Of a stretch of 32,774 bases of DNA, positions 26,067 to 32,774 are shown piece by piece. The stretch's first letter is position 1. Each line of letters starts with the position of its first letter. Origin of the DNA: Candidatus Ratteibacteria bacterium. GTDB lineage: Bacteria > Ratteibacteria > UBA8468 > B48-G9 > JAFGKM01. The DNA is taken from positions 1-32,774 of the forward strand of contig JBMFMQ010000003.1 in NCBI GenBank assembly GCA_049970595.1, read 5' to 3'. The translations under genes were made by a program, and so were the position numbers. The notes beneath the pieces were generated by a model that was not told where the DNA came from, searched no databases, and worked only from the letters and a program-made list of their open reading frames with translations.

Positions 26067-26778
26067 TATCCATTCAAATTTTGAAAGTTTTAAAGCAGTT
26101 TTAAAATATTTTGAAAAAACTAAAGTTGATAAGTTGGCTATAGTTGGAGATGTTATTGGATATGGACCCGAGCCAGAAGAATGTATAGATTTTGCAAATA
26201 GTCTTACAGATATGGTAATAAAGGGAAATCATGAGGAAGGGATTTTGAAGAATGATTTTTCAAGATTTAAAGAATTTGCCAGAATTTCTCTTGAATGGAC
26301 AATTAAAGAGATTGGTGAAAAAGTAGAAAAAATAAAGAAATGGGAAGATAAATTAGAAATTGATGATATTATTTTTGTGCATGCTTCTCTTTCTGATTAT
26401 TTCTACAAGTATATCCTAAAAGTAGAAGATGCAAAAGAAGAATTTGAAAGAGTTGAGAAAAAAATCTGCTTTATTGGACATACTCATATTCCAGGAGGTT
26501 TTAAAAAAAATCTTTTGAATGGGAAAATAGAAAAGATTATGACAGATTTTTCAGGAAAGATGAATTTTAAAATAGAAGATAATTTTGTTTACATTATAAA
26601 TGTTGGAAGTGTTGGATTTCCAAGGGATGGTTTTCCATTTTCGTGTGTTTCAGTTTATGATACAGATGAAAAAAATTTTAAATTGGAAAGAATTGAATAT
26701 GATATAGAAAAAACATTAAAGAAAATTATTGAAAAAGGGCTTCCTTCAAAAATATGTGGTTTTTTAAAAGGTTTTTAA
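26044..26778 (+). CDS. Metallophosphoesterase (calcineurin-like phosphatase fold)
   Basis: ISDIHSN, VGDVIGYGPEP, GNHE, GHTHIP motifs. 23-nt overlap with the kinase gene. Confidence 0.75.
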   Translation: MKIGIISDIHSNFESFKAVLKYFEKTKVDKLAIVGDVIGYGPEPEECIDFANSLTDMVIKGNHEEGILKNDFSRFKEFARISLEWTIKEIGEKVEKIKKWEDKLEIDDIIFVHASLSDYFYKYILKVEDAKEEFERVEKKICFIGHTHIPGGFKKNLLNGKIEKIMTDFSGKMNFKIEDNFVYIINVGSVGFPRDGFPFSCVSVYDTDEKNFKLERIEYDIEKTLKKIIEKGLPSKICGFLKGF

Positions 26779-27213
26779 TTTTGGATTTAATTCTTTTATT
26801 TTTTCTTTTAATTTTTCTTTGTCAATATCAATTTTAGATAAAACTTCTATCCAGTTTTTATCCTCTTTTTCCTTCAGAATTTTTTCTAAAGGTATTCCTT
26901 TAATCTGATTGATTGCCCATGCAATTGATATATCAAAAAAAGAAAAATTCATTCTCATGTTTTCAAAATCATTTTCTTTAATCTTTGCAGTTTTACAGAT
27001 TTTTTCTTTTATTCTTTCAGCATAAATTGGTGTTGTTGCTCTCTTTTCAATTTCAATTGCTTCAGCAAATAAAGGAACAAAATCTTCTTTTTCATTTTTT
27101 ATTGTTTCCTCAATAAATTTAATTGAATTTTTAACTTCATCCAAACTTGCTTTTTTAATATCTCCATAAGAAACAAAAACCAACAATCCCAAAATTATCA
27201 TTATTTTTTTCAT
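26764..27213 (-). CDS. Secreted hypothetical protein
   Basis: SD GGAGGAG. Signal peptide MKKIMIILGLLVFVSYG. Lys/Glu-rich helical remainder. No family recognised. Confidence 0.5.
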   Translation of the reverse strand: MKKIMIILGLLVFVSYGDIKKASLDEVKNSIKFIEETIKNEKEDFVPLFAEAIEIEKRATTPIYAERIKEKICKTAKIKENDFENMRMNFSFFDISIAWAINQIKGIPLEKILKEKEDKNWIEVLSKIDIDKEKLKEKIKELNPKLKTF

Positions 27214-27231
27214 ATCTCCTCCTTTTTTAAT

Positions 27232-27260
27232 ATTATATATAACTTTTTCAAAATTTTCAA
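27232..27260 (-). promoter_or_regulatory. Candidate promoter for 26764..27213
   Basis: Minus strand has TTGAAA (27260..27255), a 17-nt spacer, then TATAAT (27237..27232). Confidence 0.45.
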
Positions 27261-27282
27261 GTTTATTTTGAAAAATAAAATT

Positions 27283-27293
27283 TGTGATATAAT
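27283..27293 (+). promoter_or_regulatory. Extended -10 promoter TGTGaTATAAT for the epimerase genes
   Basis: TGTGATATAAT ends 12 nt before ATG 27306 and there is no SD in between. This implies a very short or absent leader. Confidence 0.5.
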
Positions 27294-27305
27294 TAATTTT
27301 TGAAA

Positions 27306-28280
27306 ATGGGAAGAAAAATTTTGGTGGCAGGGGCGTGTGGTTTTATTGGATGGAAAGTAAGTGAGAAATTGCTTGAGAAAGGAGATGAAGTTATTGGAAT
27401 TGATGACTTGAATGATTATTATGATGTTCGTTTAAAAATATGGAGACTTGAAAGGTTAAAAAAATACAAGAATTTTATAGATGTAAAATTTGATATTTCA
27501 AAGGATGAAATAAAGTATATTGTAAAGGAAGCAAAACCTGATATAATAATAAATCTTGCTGCAAGAGCAGGAGTAAGAGCAAGTATTGAAAATCCTGAAA
27601 TTTATTATCTCACAAATGTTATTGGAAATTTAAACCTTCTTGAATGTGCAAAGGATTTCGGAATTAAAAAATTTATTCTTTCTTCAACTTCATCCTTATA
27701 TGCTGGTTTTCCTGTCCCATTTAAAGAAGATCTACCTGTTAACAATCCAATATCACCATATGCAGCAAGTAAAAAAGCAGCAGAAGTTACTTGTTATACA
27801 TATCATTATTTATATGGAATTGATGTTGTTATTTTTAGATATTTTACAGTTTATGGACCATGTGGAAGGCCTGATATGAGTATTTTCAAATTTATAAAAA
27901 TGATAGATGAGGGGAAAGAAATAACTGTTTTTGGAGATGGGACACAAAGCAGAGATTTTACTTATATTGATGATATTGCAGATGGAACTATTTTGGGACT
28001 TAATCTGTTTGGTTTTCATATAATAAATCTTGGTAATAATAATCCACATCAATTGAATGAAGTTATAAAAATTATTGAAAAAAAACTTGGGAAAACAGCA
28101 AAAATTATTTATAAAGATTTTCATAAAGCAGATATTAAACAGACATATGCAGATATTACAAAAGCAAAAAATTTACTTGGCTGGTCTCCAAAAATTGACA
28201 TAGAAGAAGGAATTGAACATACAGTAAATTGGTATAAAGAAAATAAACACTGGATTAAAGATATAGTATTAAAGGATTGA
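27306..28280 (+). CDS. NAD-dependent sugar-nucleotide epimerase/dehydratase (UDP-glucuronate 4-epimerase-like SDR)
   Basis: VAGACGFIGWKV Rossmann motif and YAASK catalytic motif, ~325 aa. ATG 27306 preferred over TTG 27300. Confidence 0.75.
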   Translation: MGRKILVAGACGFIGWKVSEKLLEKGDEVIGIDDLNDYYDVRLKIWRLERLKKYKNFIDVKFDISKDEIKYIVKEAKPDIIINLAARAGVRASIENPEIYYLTNVIGNLNLLECAKDFGIKKFILSSTSSLYAGFPVPFKEDLPVNNPISPYAASKKAAEVTCYTYHYLYGIDVVIFRYFTVYGPCGRPDMSIFKFIKMIDEGKEITVFGDGTQSRDFTYIDDIADGTILGLNLFGFHIINLGNNNPHQLNEVIKIIEKKLGKTAKIIYKDFHKADIKQTYADITKAKNLLGWSPKIDIEEGIEHTVNWYKENKHWIKDIVLKD

Positions 28281-29205
28281 TGGCAAAGGTACTTGTTACT
28301 GGTGGATGTGGTTTCATAGGGAGTCATACTGTTGATAGATTGATAGAAGAAGGTAATGAAGTTTTTGTTATAGACAATCTTTCAACAGGTTTTATTGAAA
28401 ATCTGAATAAAAAAGCAATTTTTTACAATATTGACATACAGAACAGGGATGAATTAAGAGAAATATTTGAAAATCAAAGATTTGATTTTGTATTTCATTT
28501 TGCTGCACAGATAAATGTAAGAAGAGGAGAAGAAGACCCGAATTTTGATATTAATGTAAATGTATTAGGAACATTAAATTTACTTGAGGAATTGAAAAAA
28601 AATCCACCTATAAAAATTATTTTTTCTTCAACAGGTGGGGTTATTTATGGATTGACTAATATATTTCCAACTCCTGAGGATGTTGAACCTTTCCCTATAT
28701 GTATTTACGGAATTTCAAAGTTAACATGTGAAAAATACTATATTCTTACTTCAAAAATTATGGTATTAACTTTGTTTCTTTAAGATATGGAAATGTTTAT
28801 GGACCAAAACAGAATTATTTATCAGAAGCAGGTGTAATCAGTATTTTTATATCAAGGATTCTTGAGAGAAAAGAATGTATAATTTTTGGAGATGGAAACC
28901 AGACAAGGGATTTTATTTATATTGATGATGTGGTTGATGCAAATATTTTATTTATGAAAAATGATGTAAATGGAATTTTTAATGTTGGAACTGGAATAGA
29001 AACATCTGTAAATAGAATTTTTGAGATTATAAAAGAAAATATTGGAAAAGATTGTAAAAAAGTTTATACAAAAGAAAAAAAGGGAGAATTAAGAAGAAGT
29101 TGTATTTCAATTGAAAAAATTAGAAGAAAAACAGGATGGTTTCCAAAATATAAAATTGAAGAAGGGATAAAAAGAACAATTAACTGGTTTTTAAATAAAA
29201 ATTAA
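28277..29205 (+). pseudogene. GalE-like NAD-dependent epimerase interrupted by a single frameshift
   Basis: Frame A (28277..28783) gives VTGGCGFIGSH...YGISKLTCEKY and then nonsense to a TAA. The other frame is open from 28732 and reads KILYSYFKNYGINFVSLRYGNVYGPKQ...GDGNQTRDFIYIDDVVDA... to 29205. Together they form one complete extended-SDR. The A5 run at 28731..28735 is the simplest slip site. Confidence 0.75.
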
Positions 29206-29909
29206 TAGGATGAACTTTCCCATTCAACATCACTTATAAACACATTATAATCTCTAAAAGCAAGATTTAAAACCTTCTGTTTAAAATTATAGTGATGCCA
29301 AAAACATCTAACAATTGGAACCTGACCACCATATCCATGCAATGACTGCCAGATTTTTGCTTCCTTCCAGGTTACAATTCCATCTCCATTTGTGTCTGCC
29401 TGCTGTATTTCTCCTGGTGTGTGAGTACTTTCAAACCATCTACTTTCCGTTGGAGCAAATTCATAAGAATAAGAAGATTTTTCAATATCCGGGTTTCTGT
29501 AGGTGTAGGCAAGTGAATCAAAAGGAGATGGAGAATAGGAATAATATAATTGAACTTTTGATAGTGGAATATCATTTATTTCTGGATAAGAAAGATTACC
29601 ATGTCCTCTTTCTCCTTTATTTAAATCAGTCAAACATATAAATATCTTCCCTTTTCCAAGATAATTACTTCCAAGACCAATTGTCTCACTTTTACATAGA
29701 TTTGAAAGCCATGTTGGATAATCTTCATAATCCTGATAATACATTTCAATTGCAAGTCCAATCTGATGTAAATTGTTTATACAGTTTGCCTGTCTTCCTT
29801 TTTCTCTCGCAGTTGAAAGTGATGGTAATATCTGACCTGCAAGCATTGAAATTATTGCAATTACAACAAGGAGTTCAATTAAAGTAAAGCCAGATCTTTT
29901 AATTTTCAT
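29202..29909 (-). CDS. Prepilin-type N-terminal cleavage/methylation domain protein (paralogue 3, C-terminal H-X9-DG motif degenerate)
   Basis: MKIKRSG|[40 protein letters not shown]. The C-terminus has FWHHYNF...AFRDYNV instead of H-X9-DG. Confidence 0.8.
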   Translation of the reverse strand: MKIKRSGFTLIELLVVIAIISMLAGQILPSLSTAREKGRQANCINNLHQIGLAIEMYYQDYEDYPTWLSNLCKSETIGLGSNYLGKGKIFICLTDLNKGERGHGNLSYPEINDIPLSKVQLYYSYSPSPFDSLAYTYRNPDIEKSSYSYEFAPTESRWFESTHTPGEIQQADTNGDGIVTWKEAKIWQSLHGYGGQVPIVRCFWHHYNFKQKVLNLAFRDYNVFISDVEWESSSY

Positions 29910-30595
29910 TTTTTGACTCCTTTTTCCATTTCTTTTATAACTTGGTAAATATAATTTTTCATTTCGTCATTTTTTTCATTATAATATAAAGCCCATAAAG
30001 ATGTCTCAATTTCTTCATACTTCCCAAAACTTTTCAGATTGTCAAGCGCGCACTTTCTTATATAAATATCCTCATTTTCATTCTCAATAATTTTTAGCAA
30101 TTTATCCTGATATTCTGGTAATTTCATATAGGAGAGTATTTTTATTTTTGTTTCTTTATCTTCTTTGTCAAATCTGTTTATTAAATATTCAATATTTTTT
30201 TTGTCAAATTTTAAAATTGTTTCAAAAGTTATATTCTTAATTGTTTTATCTGGACTATCAAGATATGAAAGAAGTTTATTGAAATCAATCTGTCCTATGC
30301 TATAGGCACATACTCTTTTTATTTCTTCATTTGGTTCTTTTTGAAATACTTCTTCTATCTGGGGTAAAACTTCTTTGATTTTTAAATTTCCAATAGTATA
30401 AATTCCATATATTTTCTCATTTTTATCATTGCTTTTTAAATACTTGAGATATTTTTTTGCTGTAGGTGTTTTATTTCTTTGCGCACTCCATGTAGAAATT
30501 CTGATAATTGAGAGAAAAATAATTCCAATAGTAACCCAAAATACAATTTTCCTTTTTTGATTAAGTGTGTTATAAAATTCAATAAATTTTTTCAT
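29906..30595 (-). CDS. Membrane-anchored HEAT/PBS-lyase-like repeat protein
   Basis: Start set to ATG 30595, because the track start TTG 30631 coincides with a -35 box. One TM helix IVFWVTIGIIFLSIIRISTW. Helical repeats such as EIKRVCAYSIGQI and IYIRKCALDNLKSFG. 4-nt overlap with the pseudopilin gene. Confidence 0.4.
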   Translation of the reverse strand: MKKFIEFYNTLNQKRKIVFWVTIGIIFLSIIRISTWSAQRNKTPTAKKYLKYLKSNDKNEKIYGIYTIGNLKIKEVLPQIEEVFQKEPNEEIKRVCAYSIGQIDFNKLLSYLDSPDKTIKNITFETILKFDKKNIEYLINRFDKEDKETKIKILSYMKLPEYQDKLLKIIENENEDIYIRKCALDNLKSFGKYEEIETSLWALYYNEKNDEMKNYIYQVIKEMEKGVKK

Positions 30596-30602
30596 TTTTT
30601 TA

Positions 30603-30631
30603 ATTGTATTCCAAATAAATGAAAATGTCAA
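30603..30631 (-). promoter_or_regulatory. Sigma70-type promoter giving a leaderless mRNA
   Basis: Minus strand has TTGACA (30631..30626), a 17-nt spacer, TACAAT (30608..30603), then only 7 nt (TAAAAAA) before ATG 30595. No SD. Confidence 0.55.
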
Positions 30632-30658
30632 ACTAAATTTTGGATGGCAAAATTTTAT

Positions 30659-31510
30659 TTAAGAAATTCTGATTATACATTCTTTTTTAAATTTTAAAAA
30701 ATCAATATTTTTGATAATTTCTTTAGTTTTTTTATCCCTATACCCGGAAATATCTGTTTTTATATTCAAACTTTTTCTTATACTTTCCATAACAATTTCT
30801 CTTATATATTTGCCCATTATTGAAGATAAAGAAGCAATAGGGGATGATTTTTCAACATTTTTATAAAAATTTATTTTTAAATTTTGATTTCCTAAATAGA
30901 TTCTATAACAGGAAAAATCAAAACTTTCTTTAATTATTTCTATTTCATATTCAGGATAGAAATAAGAAAGATATTTCCTGTAGTAAATAAGCCCGCCAAT
31001 TTTCCCGCAGTAAAATTCAACATTTTTATATTTTGCCATTTCTTTAATTATTTCGCAGAAATTTAAAAGATTGAGGAGAAATTTTGATTTTTCCCCTTTT
31101 ATAAGTTTATTGAAAGAATATGGGCATATAGAAATAATTTTTATTTCCATAAATTTATTTTTTTGAGGAATAAAATTTTTATACTTTTCAAGGACAGAAT
31201 TTAAATTTTTAGTTTTAAAGGTAAAAGGTATATTTTTTTCACAGATGTTATTTTCAAAAAAACATGAAGTTAATGTAAAATTTTTATAAATTTCAAAAGG
31301 AGAATTGGGTAATTTATTTTTTAAAAAATAATTTAAAAGAATGGCAATTTCCTCTAATTTATAAAAATCCTTTTTACATCTGTAAAAAACTTTACTATCC
31401 TTTATGTAATCAGGAATTTTTACATCTTCTTCAGTTAAAATGCCGGTTATAACAAGAGGTCCAAGAATTGGTCCAAATCCATTCTCATCAATTCCACATA
31501 TATATTTCAT
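30659..31510 (-). CDS. Divergent RNase HII-like protein
   Basis: N-terminus MKYICGIDENGFGPILGPLVITG parallels GIDEAGRGPLAGPVV of RNase HII. Also DSKVF (DSK motif) and a C-terminal IASLSSIMGKYIRE (compare AASIxAK). The central 200 aa are not recognisable. Confidence 0.35.
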   Translation of the reverse strand: MKYICGIDENGFGPILGPLVITGILTEEDVKIPDYIKDSKVFYRCKKDFYKLEEIAILLNYFLKNKLPNSPFEIYKNFTLTSCFFENNICEKNIPFTFKTKNLNSVLEKYKNFIPQKNKFMEIKIISICPYSFNKLIKGEKSKFLLNLLNFCEIIKEMAKYKNVEFYCGKIGGLIYYRKYLSYFYPEYEIEIIKESFDFSCYRIYLGNQNLKINFYKNVEKSSPIASLSSIMGKYIREIVMESIRKSLNIKTDISGYRDKKTKEIIKNIDFLKFKKECIIRIS

Positions 31511-32463
31511 TTGAAATTAAAATTTTCTATATTTTGGTAGATTTTCACAAATTGATAAATTTTTTTTACTTTCGTTAAAGATGGCATTTTTGTCCCTTCT
31601 TCCTCTGCTTTAGCAGTTCCTGTTGCAACTGCAAATTTTAGACATTCTTCATAACTTTTCCCTCTTTTAAATTTATATAAAAATCCAGCAAGAAATGCAT
31701 CTCCACATCCAATACTACTTTTAAAATTTATCTTTGGTGGTTTTGCATAAATTATTTTTGCTTTTGAAAATAATATCGCTCCATGATTTCCAAGTGTTAA
31801 GAGGATTATTGATATTCCAGAATTTATTAACCAGATGCAGATATTTTTCATTTTTTCAAAATTTCCAATTTTTTCATTCATACATCTTTCAAATTCTTCT
31901 ATGTTTGGCTTTATCAAAAATGGTCTTTCTTTTATTGTCTCTCTTAAAATATCTCCATCAGCATCAACAATTGTATAAACTCCATCTTTTCTAAATTTTT
32001 CAATTATTTCAGCATAAATATTTTTTTTTATACCAGGTGGTATACTTCCTGACATTACAACAAAATCTTCCTTTTTAAAATTTAAATTTTTCAATGTATT
32101 CCAGAATTTATTTAACTCATTTTTTTTTATTTCAGGACCTTTTTCATTAAATCTTAAAACTTTTTTTTCCGAAATAAAGTTATAAATATTCCTTAATTCA
32201 CCACTTATTTCAATCGGTATAAATTCAACTTTTTCTTTTTTCAGTAAATTTTTATAAAATTTACCATTGTTTTTACCGAGAAATGTTATTGAAATTGGTT
32301 TTTCTCCAAGTTTTTTAAGCATTCTTGCAACATTTATTCCTTTCCCTCCAGGGTCAATTCTTATTTTCTCAATTCTATTTACATCATCAAAAACAATATC
32401 TTTTAAATAAAAAGTATAATCAATGCTTGAATTTAATGAAATTGTATAAATTTTGACAGGCAT
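31507..32463 (-). CDS. PfkB-family sugar-phosphate kinase (1-phosphofructokinase / tagatose-6-P kinase / PFK-2 group)
   Basis: DPGGKGINVARML and GCGDAFLAGF motifs, 318 aa. ATGA overlap with the downstream gene. Confidence 0.8.
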   Translation of the reverse strand: MPVKIYTISLNSSIDYTFYLKDIVFDDVNRIEKIRIDPGGKGINVARMLKKLGEKPISITFLGKNNGKFYKNLLKKEKVEFIPIEISGELRNIYNFISEKKVLRFNEKGPEIKKNELNKFWNTLKNLNFKKEDFVVMSGSIPPGIKKNIYAEIIEKFRKDGVYTIVDADGDILRETIKERPFLIKPNIEEFERCMNEKIGNFEKMKNICIWLINSGISIILLTLGNHGAILFSKAKIIYAKPPKINFKSSIGCGDAFLAGFLYKFKRGKSYEECLKFAVATGTAKAEEEGTKMPSLTKVKKIYQFVKIYQNIENFNFK

Positions 32464-32464
32464 T

Positions 32465-32632
32465 TTATTTAGAAGTTTGTGGATGTGGTCTATATTTTCT
32501 CATTTTTTTTCTTTTTCTTATTTCACTTGGTTTTTCATAAAATTCTCTTTCTTTGATCTCCTTTATAATCCCTTCTCTCTCAACCTCCCTTTTAAATTGT
32601 TTAAATATTTTTTCAAAATTAATATTATTCAT
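32465..32632 (-). CDS. rpsU: 30S ribosomal protein S21
   Basis: Not in the ORF track (55 aa). Hand translation: [55 protein letters not shown]. The FKR...G...E...[14 protein letters not shown] core matches S21. Its TAA lies 1 nt before the pfkB-family ATG. An in-frame TTG at 32638 sits 9 nt after AGGAGG and may be the true start. Confidence 0.8.
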   Translation of the reverse strand: MNNINFEKIFKQFKREVEREGIIKEIKEREFYEKPSEIRKRKKMRKYRPHPQTSK

Positions 32633-32669
32633 TCCCAATATCCATCACCTCCTATCCTTTTAAATTTCT

Positions 32670-32755
32670 TAAGTATTCACTGAACCCCATTGGTTATTTT
32701 CTTTTTATTTTATTATACCACATTCTTAAGTTTGTTTCTTAAAGGGGTTTAAACC
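32670..32755. repeat. Copy B of the ~87-nt direct repeat (partner at 318..404)
   Basis: See copy A. Here the palindrome is perfect (GGGGTTTAAACCCC, 32744..32757). The ATGGGGTTCAGT start opens only a 12-codon ORF (32652..32690). Confidence 0.8.
32712..32722 (-). promoter_or_regulatory. Extended -10 promoter (TGTGgTATAAT) for the rpsU operon
   Basis: Reverse complement of 32712..32722 is TGTGGTATAAT. It occupies the same position within the repeat as the promoter at 361..371. Confidence 0.45.
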
Positions 32756-32774
32756 CCTTTAAAATCCCCAAAAG

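Noticed and set aside
28930-29205. Independent 91-aa gene
   Set aside because: It is the C-terminal part of the frameshifted GalE-like gene. Its frame is open and homologous-looking from 28732, well upstream of the ATG.
29202-29909. Calling paralogue 3 an H-X9-DG protein
   Set aside because: The N-terminal pilin domain is clear, but the C-terminus reads FWHHYNFKQKVLNLAFRDYNV with no DG. It is therefore reported only as a prepilin-type protein with a degenerate motif.
318-32755. Interpreting the flanking 87-nt direct repeats as att sites or ends of a mobile island
   Set aside because: There is no integrase, transposase or tRNA gene and there are no inverted repeats. The enclosed genes include housekeeping functions (rpsU, alr, thyX, coaC). 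The repeat itself reads as a promoter plus start codon. Not fully excluded without the whole genome.
1-32774. Scan for CRISPR arrays, tRNA/rRNA genes, retron/DGR-type reverse transcriptases and toxin-antitoxin pairs
   Set aside because: There are no regularly spaced repeats. The only GC-rich structured segment is the riboswitch. Every intergenic gap is under 250 nt apart from 339..732, and none has a cloverleaf-like arm pattern. No RT, nuclease-toxin or integrase motifs appear in any ORF.

Overview
Strongly AT-rich, very gene-dense bacterial chromosomal segment. I count 34 protein-coding genes and 1 frameshifted gene, and see no rRNA, tRNA, CRISPR array or transposase. It probably comes from an uncultured low-GC diderm of the PVC/Omnitrophota-like kind; this is an inference from three prepilin-type H-X9-DG (DUF1559-like) proteins. 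Layout: (i) 1..338, partial leftward membrane protein. (ii) 733..9098, plus-strand operon with ATGA-coupled genes: pseudopilin, secreted LamG/CBM9/glycosidase-like giant, ceramidase-like amidase, alanine racemase, C45-like Ntn hydrolase, M55 D-aminopeptidase. (iii) 9250..12407, radical SAM protein, BaiN-type flavoprotein, transglutaminase-like protein, small lipoprotein. (iv) 12398..22616, a minus-strand 12-gene operon behind a cobalamin riboswitch: pseudopilin-cobU-cobT-cobS-cobD-cbiB-cbiZ (fused to a PgpA/CobZ-like domain)-btuF-thyX-cobO-btuC-btuD. (v) 22692..29205, beta-helix protein, stand-alone CoaC, Ser/Thr kinase plus metallophosphoesterase, secreted hypothetical, and two sugar-nucleotide epimerases, the second frameshifted. 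(vi) 29202..32690, minus strand: rpsU (missed by the ORF track), a PfkB-family kinase and an RNase HII-like gene, then a leaderless HEAT-like/pseudopilin pair. The most interesting signal is the B12 riboswitch whose first regulated cistron is a pilin-like protein abutting cobU. This suggests an undescribed pseudopilin-based corrinoid acquisition component. Secondary signals are thyX embedded in the B12 operon, the CbiZ-PgpA-like fusion, an ~87-nt promoter-plus-start-codon cassette repeated at both ends of the window, and a putative D-amino-acid/envelope scavenging operon. All calls come from reading the sequence and recalled family motifs; no searches were run.
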